Shown piece after piece: positions 43,921 to 53,787 of a stretch of 64,000 nt of DNA. The DNA comes from an uncultured Bacteroidaceae bacterium. Its GTDB lineage: Bacteria > CAIWAD01. The notes under the pieces were generated by a model. The model saw nothing but the letters and a program-made list of their open reading frames with translations, was not told where the DNA came from and did not search any database. Both the position numbers and the translations under genes were made by a program. Numbering within the stretch: the stretch's first letter is position 1; each line of letters opens with the position of its first letter. Location: assembly GCA_964568855.1 (NCBI GenBank), contig CAZMSD010000015.1:15458-79457 (forward strand), written 5' to 3'.

Positions 43921-46242
43921 ATGCGGCGCTCGCAGGAAGGAAACAGTGGCGCGGCACACGATTCCCGTTCGTCCCGGTCAGGGACATCTCGAGAGAGCGA
44001 GGGCGCCTGTGGAGACCTGTCGGGAGCCGGGGTGAACGCGAACCGCACGCATACCCCGAGTGGGATGTCCGCTGCGCCTCCTTCGGTTCTCAGGCTCTAC
44101 ATTGATCTCGTATCACAGACTTCCCTTGCGCAACTCTCCCGGCGCGCCCGGCGGATCGTGAAGAACAAGGTCTTTCCCGGGCTGCGCGCCTTTCTTCGAT
44201 CCGCCGCCGATTCCGAACGCAGACTCTACCGCAGGCTGGCAGCATCGAGCCATCTTGAGCGGGCCGCCCGCTTGTACTTCGAGTCGGGAAGCCGGGCCGC
44301 AAGCGAGGAACTGGCGCGGGTTCTGGAAGCCTCCGAGACGGAAGCCTGGCCGGTGAACGCCACCTTCTGGTCCGCCGCGATCAAGGCGCTGCGAGAGACT
44401 CACGCCGAATTAGCGGAGAGTATCACGGTACGGGCGCGGGAATCGTTGAAGCGCGAATTCACCTCGGAGGGTTCGCCGAAGCTGGCGTTGGGCCAAGTGA
44501 TCGACTGGCAGCCCGGGGAATTCGATCATTGCGAGAAGACCTACGCGCTGAATCGCCTGTATCACCTGCCCCTCCTGGCGATCGCAGCGCGGCTCAACGA
44601 TGATGGCCGCTGCCTGGAAGAGTTCGAGGACCTGCTTCACCAATGGGTGAATTCGAATACGGACCGGCGGGGGAAACCCTGGAACGAACTGACGACCGCG
44701 CTGCGCCTGAATTCGATTCTGCTGGCCTACGGATGTCTGCGGGGCACGGGCCGACTCGGCGCCCGGGCGCATCTCGACGTCATGCTCGCACTGACCAGCC
44801 ATGCCGACTACCTGGCCGCCAACCTGGAGTACGACATCCTCAACAATCACCTGGTCTTCGAGGGGCGCAGCCTGATCGAAGCCGCCTGCGCCTTTCCCCG
44901 GCTGCCCGGCGCGAAGCGGTGGCTGAAACGGGGGATGGCAGCCCTGGACCGGGAGCTGGCGCACCAGGTCCGACACGACGGCTGCCACGCCGAGCAGTCA
45001 ACGGGCTACCACATGCAGGTGCTCCAGGAGTACCTGACGGCCGTCGCGATCCTGCGATCCGGCGGATCCGCGGTGCCCGCCCAGTGGGAGCCCGCGCTGC
45101 AGCGGATGACGGACTTCCTGGTCGAAATCACCAGGCCCGACGGAACTCCGCCGATGCAGGGCGACACGGCCCTGCACGACCCGCAGACGCCATACGTCGA
45201 GGAGGTCCTGTGCTGCGCGGCCTCGATCCTGGGGTGTTCCGGGCTGTACGCCGGAGAGCGACCGATGCTGAGGGCTTTCTGCCTGCTGGGCGATAAACTC
45301 CCGTCCCCGACGGCGGAAGTCTTCCGCACGAAGGCTTCGGGCAGCAGGCTTTTCCCGGACGGCGGCTGCTGCATCCTTCGCGGTGATACAGGCGACGCGC
45401 GTGCGATGGTCAGTTTCGACTGCGGGCCCTTCGCCCTGGAGGACAGCCCGGCCCACGGACACGCGGACGCCCTGAGTTTCGAGTTTTCGGCCTTCGGCCG
45501 GAATCTGGTGGTCGACCCCGGTGTGTTCACCTACCAGGCCGGCCGGTGGCGCGATTTCTTCCGGGGAACCAGGGCCCACAACACCATAGGCGTGGACGGG
45601 ACGGACCAGGTTCACTTGTGGGGCGCTTTCCGCGCCTACAGGCCCAACGGGGCGCGGCTGCTGTCGTGGGGGGACGAGGGCGGACTGGCCTGGGCGGACG
45701 CCGAGTACCTGCATCGCGCGAGCGGAGTGGTCCACAGGAGACGCCTGGTCCTGCTGGAGAGCCGGCTGCTGCTGATAGCCGACCGGCTGTGGCGGACTCG
45801 GGCGCACGATTTCTGCTGGCGCCTGCACTTCCCGCTTTACGCGGCGGAATTCAGGGCGAACCAGTGCGGACACCTGCTGATCGTGCGGGCGGCGCGGGGC
45901 GGGGACTCGGCCTGCGGACTCGCAGTGCTGTGTCACAGTGCGGAGGGCGACCTCCTTGAGATCGTCGAAGGATCCGAGGACCCCCCGCAGGGCTGGATCT
46001 CGTACGCCAAGGGCGTGAAGGAAGCCGCCCCCGTTCTCGAGTGGACGCGCCGCGCGGAGAGAGAAGCGACGTTTTTCAGCGCGCTTTTTCCGTTCCAAGG
46101 TGATACACTGCTGGATGAATTCAGCCTTCACGTCGCCGGCGACCCCGCCGGGGAACCGATCCTCGGCGTCAGGGTCGGACCGAAGGAATACGAACTGCGA
46201 CTGGAAGAGAACCGACCCGTATGGTTGAAGCCCTCGCGCTAA
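43921..46242 (+). CDS. heparinase II/III-family protein (alginate-lyase-like N-domain plus heparinase II/III C-domain)
   Basis: Conserved ...NHLVFEGRSLIEAACAFP...GYHMQVLQEYL...DCGPFAL..HGHADALSFE... region typical of the family. Could start at the internal Met at 44065. Confidence 0.65.
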   Translation: MRRSQEGNSGAAHDSRSSRSGTSRESEGACGDLSGAGVNANRTHTPSGMSAAPPSVLRLYIDLVSQTSLAQLSRRARRIVKNKVFPGLRAFLRSAADSERRLYRRLAASSHLERAARLYFESGSRAASEELARVLEASETEAWPVNATFWSAAIKALRETHAELAESITVRARESLKREFTSEGSPKLALGQVIDWQPGEFDHCEKTYALNRLYHLPLLAIAARLNDDGRCLEEFEDLLHQWVNSNTDRRGKPWNELTTALRLNSILLAYGCLRGTGRLGARAHLDVMLALTSHADYLAANLEYDILNNHLVFEGRSLIEAACAFPRLPGAKRWLKRGMAALDRELAHQVRHDGCHAEQSTGYHMQVLQEYLTAVAILRSGGSAVPAQWEPALQRMTDFLVEITRPDGTPPMQGDTALHDPQTPYVEEVLCCAASILGCSGLYAGERPMLRAFCLLGDKLPSPTAEVFRTKASGSRLFPDGGCCILRGDTGDARAMVSFDCGPFALEDSPAHGHADALSFEFSAFGRNLVVDPGVFTYQAGRWRDFFRGTRAHNTIGVDGTDQVHLWGAFRAYRPNGARLLSWGDEGGLAWADAEYLHRASGVVHRRRLVLLESRLLLIADRLWRTRAHDFCWRLHFPLYAAEFRANQCGHLLIVRAARGGDSACGLAVLCHSAEGDLLEIVEGSEDPPQGWISYAKGVKEAAPVLEWTRRAEREATFFSALFPFQGDTLLDEFSLHVAGDPAGEPILGVRVGPKEYELRLEENRPVWLKPSR

Positions 46243-47384
46243 GCGTTTTCTGGCTGAGCCTCGCGGCGATAGCCTACATCTACCTGGGATACCCCCTGGT
46301 CCTGATGCTTTGCGATCGGGGCGACACTGCCGAAAATCCGGAAACGCCAGGAGACTGGCCCTCCATCAGCCTGATCATCGCCGCGCACAACGAAGAGGGC
46401 GTGATCGCCGAGAAACTGCGGAACACCCTGCGGATCGACTATCCCGCGGACAGGCTCGAGGTCGTGGTCGCTTCGGATGCTTCCGACGATCGCACGGACC
46501 GGATCGTCCGGGGCTTCGCCGGAAGCGGCATGCGCCTGGTCCGTGTGGAGGGCCGCCGCGGCAAGACCAGCGCCCAGAACGCGGCCGTGAAGGAGACCAC
46601 CAACGAGATCATCGTTTTCTCCGACGCCAACGCCATGTACGACAAGGACGCGCTGAAGAAGCTGGCCAAGCATTTCTCCGACGAGGGCGTCGGCTGCGTC
46701 GAAGGCCGGCGGCTGGATTTCGACGCCGAGTGCGCGGCTACGGCGCGTCACGAACTGACCTACCGCGACTACGAATCATGGATCAAGCGGCTGGAGAGCC
46801 GCGTGGCGTCGTGCACCGGCGCTACGGGCCCGATCTACGGGGTGCGGAGATCCTGCTACATCGAGCTGCCCGCGGAAGCCATCAGCGACCTGATGGAACC
46901 GATCATGATCATGCACGTCCATGGGAAGAGGCAGGTCTTCGAGCCGGGAGCGATCTCGCGGGAAACGGTCCTGGCGGAGATGTCCAACGAATTCCAGCGC
47001 AAGGTCAGAATCATCACCCGCTGCCTGAACAGCATCACCAGCGTGCCCGGCCTGCTCAACCCTTTCAGCGGCGGCGTTTTCGCCCTGCAGATCTGGAGCC
47101 ACCGCCTGCTGCGCTGGATGCTGCCCCTGTTTGCACTGCTGGTCCTGGCCGGCACTTTGACGCTGTCGCACCGGCCGCTCTTCCTGCTGGCACTGCAGGC
47201 GCAGCTGGCCTTCCTGCTGGCGGTGCTCCTGGGATTCCTGCTCGACTGCCGGAACCTGGGACCGTCGATTCTGCGCCTGCCCTACTACGTGTTCACGGTG
47301 AACGCGGCGGCCCTGCTGGGCCTGCTCAACTGGGTCCGCGGGAAGAACATCCTGGTCTGGGACCCGGACCGGGGCAATTCGTGA
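46221..47384 (+). CDS. family 2 glycosyltransferase (membrane-bound, processive-type)
   Basis: ISLIIAAHNEE...DASDDRT...FSDANA (DxD) motifs with C-terminal transmembrane helices. Confidence 0.75.
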   Translation: MVEALALSVFWLSLAAIAYIYLGYPLVLMLCDRGDTAENPETPGDWPSISLIIAAHNEEGVIAEKLRNTLRIDYPADRLEVVVASDASDDRTDRIVRGFAGSGMRLVRVEGRRGKTSAQNAAVKETTNEIIVFSDANAMYDKDALKKLAKHFSDEGVGCVEGRRLDFDAECAATARHELTYRDYESWIKRLESRVASCTGATGPIYGVRRSCYIELPAEAISDLMEPIMIMHVHGKRQVFEPGAISRETVLAEMSNEFQRKVRIITRCLNSITSVPGLLNPFSGGVFALQIWSHRLLRWMLPLFALLVLAGTLTLSHRPLFLLALQAQLAFLLAVLLGFLLDCRNLGPSILRLPYYVFTVNAAALLGLLNWVRGKNILVWDPDRGNS

Positions 47385-47414
47385 TACAAGATCGGCGGCC
47401 GACGGGCCGGCGGA

Positions 47415-48539
47415 TCACCTTCCGCCCAGCACCTCCACAAGCCGCTTGACCAGCTCCGCGTGCTCGTCGGTGTAGGTATAGTGCTCCGCGGGCAGGGCAA
47501 TCATGTTCTCCCGCCACTCGCGAATCAAGGAATGCGGCAGGTCGAGCAGCCGTCGCACGCTGCTCGCGTCCCGGATATCGACGCTGGTTCCGATCCCAAG
47601 ACTCTCCACAACTTCCGCCTCGTCCGTGCCCACCTGCGAAACCAGGGGCACCTTGAAGCAACAGGCGTTGTAATACCGGCAATGCCTGGACCAGAGATAG
47701 CTGTCTTTACCGTCGAAACCGGCTGTCCAGACCAGGTCGACCTGCGAGTAGATCTCTCCAAGGTCCTCCGGATCCTTGTATGGACCGCCGTAGATGATTT
47801 CCGGGCACCGCTCAACGTCGGTATGAAAGGACTCGATATCCTTGGGCGCCCCCCGTACGTACAACTGTACTCTACCTTCCGCCTCCTCAACCAGGCTCAC
47901 GAGCGCCGCCCAGGCCACTGGACAGCGGATCGAACCGAAATACCCGATCCTGATCCTGCCGTCCGGCGGAGGCGATTGCTGGATCCGCGCGGGTACTTCT
48001 TCGGGATGAAGCTTGTTTTCGATCACCTGGAAAGGAGGATCGACCATTTTCAGCAGGCCCTCGAAGTAGTTCCTTACATAGGATGGGGAGGTGACCACAA
48101 GGTGATCTGAGCGGCCAGCCAGGCGCCTGTCGACGCCGCGCAGGATCGATGAGACCAGGCCGCGTCTCGTGAGAATCCCCCGGATGTCCTGCACCTCGTA
48201 GACGATGGCCGGCTTCCTCGACTTGAACAGCAGGGAGATGAAGCAGAGCAGGAGCGCATCCAGGCCGAAGCAATGTGCGACATCGGCCTTGTCCATCGCC
48301 GCCCTGACCTTTGGAATTCCTCGCAGCAGGTCCATCAGCCGCGAGAAATAACGGCCATGGCGGTTCGTGCCGAGCGAACAACAGGCAAAGGGATAGGCCA
48401 AGGATGGATAATTCAGCTCGCGGTCAAAGCCGATGGCCTCCACGGGAACCTCGAGCTCGTGTACGGCGAGCATGCGCTTTCCATGAAACGGATAGTTGAG
48501 CATTGAGCTGAGGAAGAGGTACTTCGGTTTCTCTTTCAT
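47415..48539 (-). CDS. glycosyltransferase (GT-B fold, GT1/GT4-like)
   Basis: Start placed at MKEKPKYLFLSS (ATG 48539), avoiding overlap with the divergent GT4 gene. Rossmann-like halves. Confidence 0.55.
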   Translation of the reverse strand: MKEKPKYLFLSSMLNYPFHGKRMLAVHELEVPVEAIGFDRELNYPSLAYPFACCSLGTNRHGRYFSRLMDLLRGIPKVRAAMDKADVAHCFGLDALLLCFISLLFKSRKPAIVYEVQDIRGILTRRGLVSSILRGVDRRLAGRSDHLVVTSPSYVRNYFEGLLKMVDPPFQVIENKLHPEEVPARIQQSPPPDGRIRIGYFGSIRCPVAWAALVSLVEEAEGRVQLYVRGAPKDIESFHTDVERCPEIIYGGPYKDPEDLGEIYSQVDLVWTAGFDGKDSYLWSRHCRYYNACCFKVPLVSQVGTDEAEVVESLGIGTSVDIRDASSVRRLLDLPHSLIREWRENMIALPAEHYTYTDEHAELVKRLVEVLGGR

Positions 48540-48709
48540 GCGCAAAGCGGCGGATTCGAAATTCAGCAGATCTGAACCATGTGTCACAGGACATGAACCG
48601 GACGGCCCGGTTCCTGAATCTACGGATCCCAGGTCGTTTTCCTTGGACCGGGAGGGCACAATACACTTATTTCCGAGGTTTTTCGTAGCCTGTACGGGTT
48701 CCAAATCCA

Positions 48710-49906
48710 TTGGAACATGCAAGTTGGGAGTGGCTCTTGCGCATTGCTCATCTCATGCTGGGGGTCGAGGCGGGCGGCGCCACGGTGATGATGCTGAGAT
48801 TCGCGCTCGAGAGCCGGCGACGGGGGCATGAGGTACACGTCTGCGCATTCCGCGACGGAAGCGTGGCCCGCGATGTGGCTCCGCATGGACTGCCCTACCA
48901 TCTTGCTCGGCGCCTGCCCGGCGGAAATATGTGGAACCGGATCAACGCGATCCGGCGGATGACAGAACTCCTGCGCGACTTGAAGCCGGACGTGGTCCAC
49001 TCGCACACCTACTTTCCCGATATCATGGCCCGGCCGGCGGCTAAGCGCGCGGGAGTGCCCGTGATCGTGACCTCGGCTCACACGGACATGACCGGGGGTG
49101 CGGGTCTGGCCGGCGGGGGTTGGCCGGGAAGGAACTGGGTGATACCGAAACTGGTGGAAGCCACGGATCACATCGCCCATAGAATCTACGCGACTTCCAG
49201 TGAAATTAAACAGTCCCTGATCCGCCAGGGCGTCGAAGCCCGGAAGATCATCTGCGTGTTCAACGAGATCGACTATTCGCGGTACGCCGACTCTTCGAAC
49301 CGGGAACCCATAAGACAAGCCGCTCGCGAGGAACTGGATCTAGGGAGCTCCGATTTCGTCATCGGCACCACCGGCCGGCTGGTCCAAGTGAAACAGATCG
49401 ACCTGATCATCCAGGCCGTGGCGCGCCTGAAGAAGGACCTGTCCGACATCAAGCTGGTCATCATGGGTGACGGCAGCGAGCGATCCGCCCTGGAAGCGCT
49501 CTGCGAACGCCTGCAGCTTCGGAACGAGGTGCGCTTCACCGGCTGGCGGGACGACGTTCCCAGGCTGTTGAAGGCGCTGGACGTCTTCGTCATCGCTTCC
49601 CGGATGGAATCCACCTGCCTGTCCCTGCTCGAAGCTATGGCCAGCGGCTGCGCCTGCGTCGCCTCGCGCGTGGGAGGCATCCCGGACATTCTCCAGCACG
49701 AGGGCCTGGGTCTGATGTTCAGGAAGGGCAGCGTGGACGAACTAGCGTTACAGCTCCAACGCCTGCACCAGGACGTGGACCTGCGCGCCCGGATTATCAC
49801 CCAGGGGGGGGAGCATGTGAAGAAACACCACAACCTGGCCCGGGGTAGGGCGGTTGACCTGATTCTGAACGACTACCGCCTGCTGCTGGAAAACGCACAG
49901 AAGTAG
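48710..49906 (+). CDS. family 4 glycosyltransferase
   Basis: GT4 signature ...RMESTCLSLLEAMASGCACVASRVGGIPDIL.... N-terminus RIAHLMLGVEAGGA. Confidence 0.8.
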   Translation: MEHASWEWLLRIAHLMLGVEAGGATVMMLRFALESRRRGHEVHVCAFRDGSVARDVAPHGLPYHLARRLPGGNMWNRINAIRRMTELLRDLKPDVVHSHTYFPDIMARPAAKRAGVPVIVTSAHTDMTGGAGLAGGGWPGRNWVIPKLVEATDHIAHRIYATSSEIKQSLIRQGVEARKIICVFNEIDYSRYADSSNREPIRQAAREELDLGSSDFVIGTTGRLVQVKQIDLIIQAVARLKKDLSDIKLVIMGDGSERSALEALCERLQLRNEVRFTGWRDDVPRLLKALDVFVIASRMESTCLSLLEAMASGCACVASRVGGIPDILQHEGLGLMFRKGSVDELALQLQRLHQDVDLRARIITQGGEHVKKHHNLARGRAVDLILNDYRLLLENAQK

Positions 49907-49952
49907 CAGGAGTGAACCGTTAGCAGGAAGATCCCGTAAATCCGAAACATCT

Positions 49953-51368
49953 TTGCGACGCCTCGCCATGTGGAGTGATCGTTTCGTCGACAGCCTCCAG
50001 AGTCTGCCGGGCAGAAACCCCCGGCTCGAAGCGATTTTCGTCGCCGCCTGTGCCTTTCCAGCCGTTCTATCGACGTGGATAATCTTCGAGGGACTGGGTC
50101 AAAGCAAGCCGATGATCGCCCTTACGGGCGTCTGCGCCCTGGTCGTGCTGATGATCCTGATGCTCGGTATCCGCGAGCCCCTGAGTCTCGCCCTGGTTGT
50201 ATTCCCCCTCAGCCTGATCAAGGCTTCCGAGAACTTCGACCTTTTGTACGGAATCGTGATCTGGTTGCTGTTTCTGCTCTACCTGGGCCTGGACAGGTTC
50301 AGCGAGGGGCGACTCAACAGCCGCGAGTTCTGGATTCTGCTGCTGGTGATGATCGCCCCCGCCTCCGGCATCATCAATGCCATGGACACGATGAAGGGAG
50401 CGCTGCAGTACGCCGGCACCATCCTGCTCCCTTTCGGGCTGTACCTGGCCATCCTCAGGCATTCGAAAGGCCCGGAGCTGATCGACCGCATCATCCGGGT
50501 TACCATCTGGGTCTTCGCCGCGATCGGCTGCTCCAGCATGCTGATGAAGATCCTGGATCCTTCGATTCCCCGGCTGGGCGGCCCCTTCACGTTGTATTAC
50601 ACGTCCCTGGGCTACGCCGCCGCGGCGATTCTGCCGCTGTGTTACTACCGGGTGGAGCATTCCAGGCACAGAACCCTCGAACTGGTTCTGCTGGCCCTGG
50701 TCTTCACCGGAATGCTGCTGACCAACACGCGGATGGCCCTGATAACCACTTTCATCGGCGCAATGTTCTTCTTTCGGCGGATGAAGTTCCTGTTCCTGCT
50801 CGGCGGAATCACCATTGCGATGCTACTGCTCGGCGAGCAGCTCGACGTGTTCGGAAGGATCCAGGAGATGTCCCAATCGGACGTCGACATCAGCATTCTA
50901 TCGCGAATCATGGGCTGGATCGCGGGCATCAAGATGCTGGGATTGGAACCCCTGCTGGGCATCGGTTACCACACCTACGAGTTCGAATACGTTCAATTCA
51001 TCAAGGTCCCGATAATCCGTCTGTTTCATGCGCACAACCTGTTTCTCAACAAGTTCCTGGAAATTGGCTTCCCGGCGGCGATCCTCTTCCTCGGATATAT
51101 CCACTACACGGTAATTTCCAACCTGTTTCGCACCGCCCGCCGATCCAGCCCTTTCGGCGACTTGAGATATTCCCTCGCCGTCGCCTGTCTCTGCTACCTC
51201 CTTGCCGGCATGACGGACGAGGTCCTGCGCCAGACGGGCTGGTGCATGTGGTTCTTCATGATGCTGGGTTGTTTGCGAAGGGCGGAACTGGAAGATCGCC
51301 GTGCTTCAATCCAAGTACACACGTCTCACGGCGCGGATCGACTTGAAACAGGCGATCGCCGCCAGTAG
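49953..51368 (+). CDS. wzy: O-antigen ligase / Wzy-like polysaccharide polymerase
   Basis: About 12 transmembrane helices with a periplasmic-loop motif (TNTRMALITTF) typical of O-antigen ligase/polymerase families. Confidence 0.6.
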   Translation: MRRLAMWSDRFVDSLQSLPGRNPRLEAIFVAACAFPAVLSTWIIFEGLGQSKPMIALTGVCALVVLMILMLGIREPLSLALVVFPLSLIKASENFDLLYGIVIWLLFLLYLGLDRFSEGRLNSREFWILLLVMIAPASGIINAMDTMKGALQYAGTILLPFGLYLAILRHSKGPELIDRIIRVTIWVFAAIGCSSMLMKILDPSIPRLGGPFTLYYTSLGYAAAAILPLCYYRVEHSRHRTLELVLLALVFTGMLLTNTRMALITTFIGAMFFFRRMKFLFLLGGITIAMLLLGEQLDVFGRIQEMSQSDVDISILSRIMGWIAGIKMLGLEPLLGIGYHTYEFEYVQFIKVPIIRLFHAHNLFLNKFLEIGFPAAILFLGYIHYTVISNLFRTARRSSPFGDLRYSLAVACLCYLLAGMTDEVLRQTGWCMWFFMMLGCLRRAELEDRRASIQVHTSHGADRLETGDRRQ

Positions 51369-52154
51369 TAAGCCCCCCGCCAGAGGATAGAGGCCGGGCG
51401 GACCCCAGGAGGCAAGGTTCAGATCCATCCTGAAGGCCAGCCAACGTTCCAGGCCGGTCACCGCGTCCACCAGCAGCAGAGGCATCGCTCCCTCCAGAAA
51501 GGCCGCCAGGCAGATCGGCAGGCGCAGCTTCCAGGGTTCCGCGCCCAGGAGGGCCAGCAGGCGCAGCTCCGGTTTGTAGCACAGGACCTGCGAGCGGAGG
51601 ACGCGCAGGGCGATCAGGACCACCCCGGCCAGGGCCAGGACGGCCGCCCCCAGCAGGGACCAGCCCAGCCGGCGCAGCGAGCGCCCGATGCCGCCGAAGA
51701 GCTGCGGATCGTAGGCCGCATCGGCCACCTCGGGCTGCTGCAGCAGGAAATCCAGCTCGCGCTCCATGACTTCCCGCCGTCCGCCCAGGCGCATGGCCAG
51801 TTCGATGGTGTGCGGGAATGGATTCTCGCCCAGCAGTTCGGTCACGTCGTGGCCGAAGGCCCGCTCGAACTCCTCGGCCGCCTCCCCCGGGCTGAGCACC
51901 TCGAGCGTCTCAAGCTCCTCCAGGCTGTCCACCAGCTGCAGCAGGCGTGGCGGGACCTCCTGCCCGGCCGGAACCGATAGGTAGACGTCCACCGGGATGC
52001 GGCTGAACCAGGTGCTGAGAATGATCTCGCTGTTGGCCGCGATGAGCAGCAGGTGAGACAGGATCAGTCCGGCCACGGCCAGGCCGCAGGCCAGCAGCAG
52101 CGCGCGGTAACGCGATCGCCGCAGGATCCTCCAGGCTTCCCCCGCGGCCCTCAT
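51306..52154 (-). CDS. ftsX: cell-division permease FtsX-like
   Basis: N-terminal transmembrane segment, periplasmic domain, three C-terminal transmembrane segments. 4-nt overlap with ftsE. Confidence 0.65.
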   Translation of the reverse strand: MRAAGEAWRILRRSRYRALLLACGLAVAGLILSHLLLIAANSEIILSTWFSRIPVDVYLSVPAGQEVPPRLLQLVDSLEELETLEVLSPGEAAEEFERAFGHDVTELLGENPFPHTIELAMRLGGRREVMERELDFLLQQPEVADAAYDPQLFGGIGRSLRRLGWSLLGAAVLALAGVVLIALRVLRSQVLCYKPELRLLALLGAEPWKLRLPICLAAFLEGAMPLLLVDAVTGLERWLAFRMDLNLASWGPPGLYPLAGGLLLAAIACFKSIRAVRRVYLD

Positions 52155-52930
52155 CGCCCAATCCCCTGCGCGGCGCCCCCCGCGCCGCCGGCGCTCGAAA
52201 GAGCATTCCCGGAGGCGTCCTGCAATCGGCCCTCGTCGATCCGCAGCGCGCGTCCCGCCCCCCGGGTCGTGCAGGATTCGTCGTGCGTGGCCATGATCAT
52301 CGCCGCCCCGCCGCGGACGGCCTCCAGCAGCGCATCGTAGATGCGGCCGCGCATCTCGGCGGGCAGGTGGTTCAGCGGCTCGTCGAGCAGCACCAGCCCC
52401 GGCTTCCCGCTCAGGGCCAAAGAGAGCTGGACCAGCCGTCTCTGCCCCGTGGAAAGCGTATCACAGCGCGTCTCCGCCAAAGGGAGCAGCTCGAAGGCCA
52501 GCATGAGCTCCATGGCCTCCCAGCGCAGCCGGTTTCCGCGGACGCCTCGGGCGCCGAGCGCGGCGTAGATGTTCCCCCGCACGCTGCGGTCGCCCAGGAC
52601 CTCGACCTCCTGGTCCGTGACGCCGATCCGTCGCCGGTAGGCGGCGATCTCGGCCGGTTTCCAGCCCTGCAGTTCGCCCTGCCGGAAGACCAGAGTCCCG
52701 CCCGAGGGCGCCAGGCGGCGGGCCAGCAGCTTCAACAGGGTGGTCTTGCCCGAACCGGGCGGGCCGAAGAGCAGCAGGTGCTCGCCGGGGTGGATGCGCA
52801 GGTCGAAGGGCGGGATGGTAAATCCCCCGGGGTAGCGGAAGGCGATTCCCCGCGCTTCGAGGACGGGCAGGGCGGGGCCGCACCGTTCGCCCGCTGTTCC
52901 CTCGACTCGATCGTGCTGCGTTTCGCTCAC
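52151..52930 (-). CDS. ftsE: cell-division ATP-binding protein FtsE (ABC ATPase)
   Basis: Walker A GPPGSGKTTLL, ABC signature LSTGQRRLVQLSLAL, Walker B LVLLDEP. Confidence 0.8.
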   Translation of the reverse strand: MSETQHDRVEGTAGERCGPALPVLEARGIAFRYPGGFTIPPFDLRIHPGEHLLLFGPPGSGKTTLLKLLARRLAPSGGTLVFRQGELQGWKPAEIAAYRRRIGVTDQEVEVLGDRSVRGNIYAALGARGVRGNRLRWEAMELMLAFELLPLAETRCDTLSTGQRRLVQLSLALSGKPGLVLLDEPLNHLPAEMRGRIYDALLEAVRGGAAMIMATHDESCTTRGAGRALRIDEGRLQDASGNALSSAGGAGGAAQGIGR

Positions 52931-52953
52931 CGGAATCGCCCGTTCATTGTGAT

Positions 52954-53787
52954 TCAGCGGTTCGAGCCGCCGGGGAGCCGTGCAACGTAATGCACGCGGT
53001 CGGCGGATTCGCCGCCCCGCCGGAAAGTGAACTCGGCGTAGCGGTTGACCAGCGCCAGGCCGGCCTCGCGCACGGCGCGGTCCATCTCCCGGACGCGGTA
53101 GATCCGCTGCCGGTGGAACTCCCGCCGCCGTCCGCCGCCCGACAGTTTCCGGACCTCGAAATCGTTGTGGTGGATCCGCGTATTCCGGTCGTACCAGCTG
53201 TGACGCTTGTACTCCCAGCCTTCCAGCTTCCGCTCCTCGCGGTAGTCCAGGAAATGCTCCAGGCTGTTGCGCTCGGTGCAGATGTCGAAGACCAGCAGTC
53301 CGTTCCGCTCCAGGCAGCCGGCCAGGTTGCGCAGGGCGGCCACCAACTCGCCCATGCTCAGCAGGTAGTTGACGCTGTCGTACAGGCAGGTCACCAGCTC
53401 GAAACGCCGCGGCGGCCGGAAGTCCCGCAGGTCGGCCCGGAAGAGCACGGGCTCGCCCGGGGCAGGGGATTCGCCGCTTCCCAGCCTGCTGCGCGCCAGT
53501 TCCAGCATTTTCTCCGATACGTCCATTCCCCAGAGTTCCACTCCCTGCTCGCGGAGGATCTCCAGGAACCTCCCCGTGCCGCAGGCGGCGTCGAGGCAGC
53601 TCCTGAACCTTCCCGCGGCGTGGCGCTCCCAGATGTTGCGCACGTGCTCGGCCCAGTCACCATAAGCCACGTGGGACATCATCCGATCGTAGATCTCTGC
53701 GATCACGGTGTAGTCCGGGGAGACGCGCTCGACGCTCTCAGGCGACCCGGGCGGCGCGTTTCCCTTTCTTTCGACGCTACGTGACAA
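52954..53787 (-). CDS. class I SAM-dependent methyltransferase
   Basis: Motif I LDAACGTGRFLEIL and motif II LVFDI. Putative TTG start at 53787 with AGGGGA 4 nt upstream; alternatively ATG M83. Confidence 0.6.
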   Translation of the reverse strand: MSRSVERKGNAPPGSPESVERVSPDYTVIAEIYDRMMSHVAYGDWAEHVRNIWERHAAGRFRSCLDAACGTGRFLEILREQGVELWGMDVSEKMLELARSRLGSGESPAPGEPVLFRADLRDFRPPRRFELVTCLYDSVNYLLSMGELVAALRNLAGCLERNGLLVFDICTERNSLEHFLDYREERKLEGWEYKRHSWYDRNTRIHHNDFEVRKLSGGGRRREFHRQRIYRVREMDRAVREAGLALVNRYAEFTFRRGGESADRVHYVARLPGGSNR

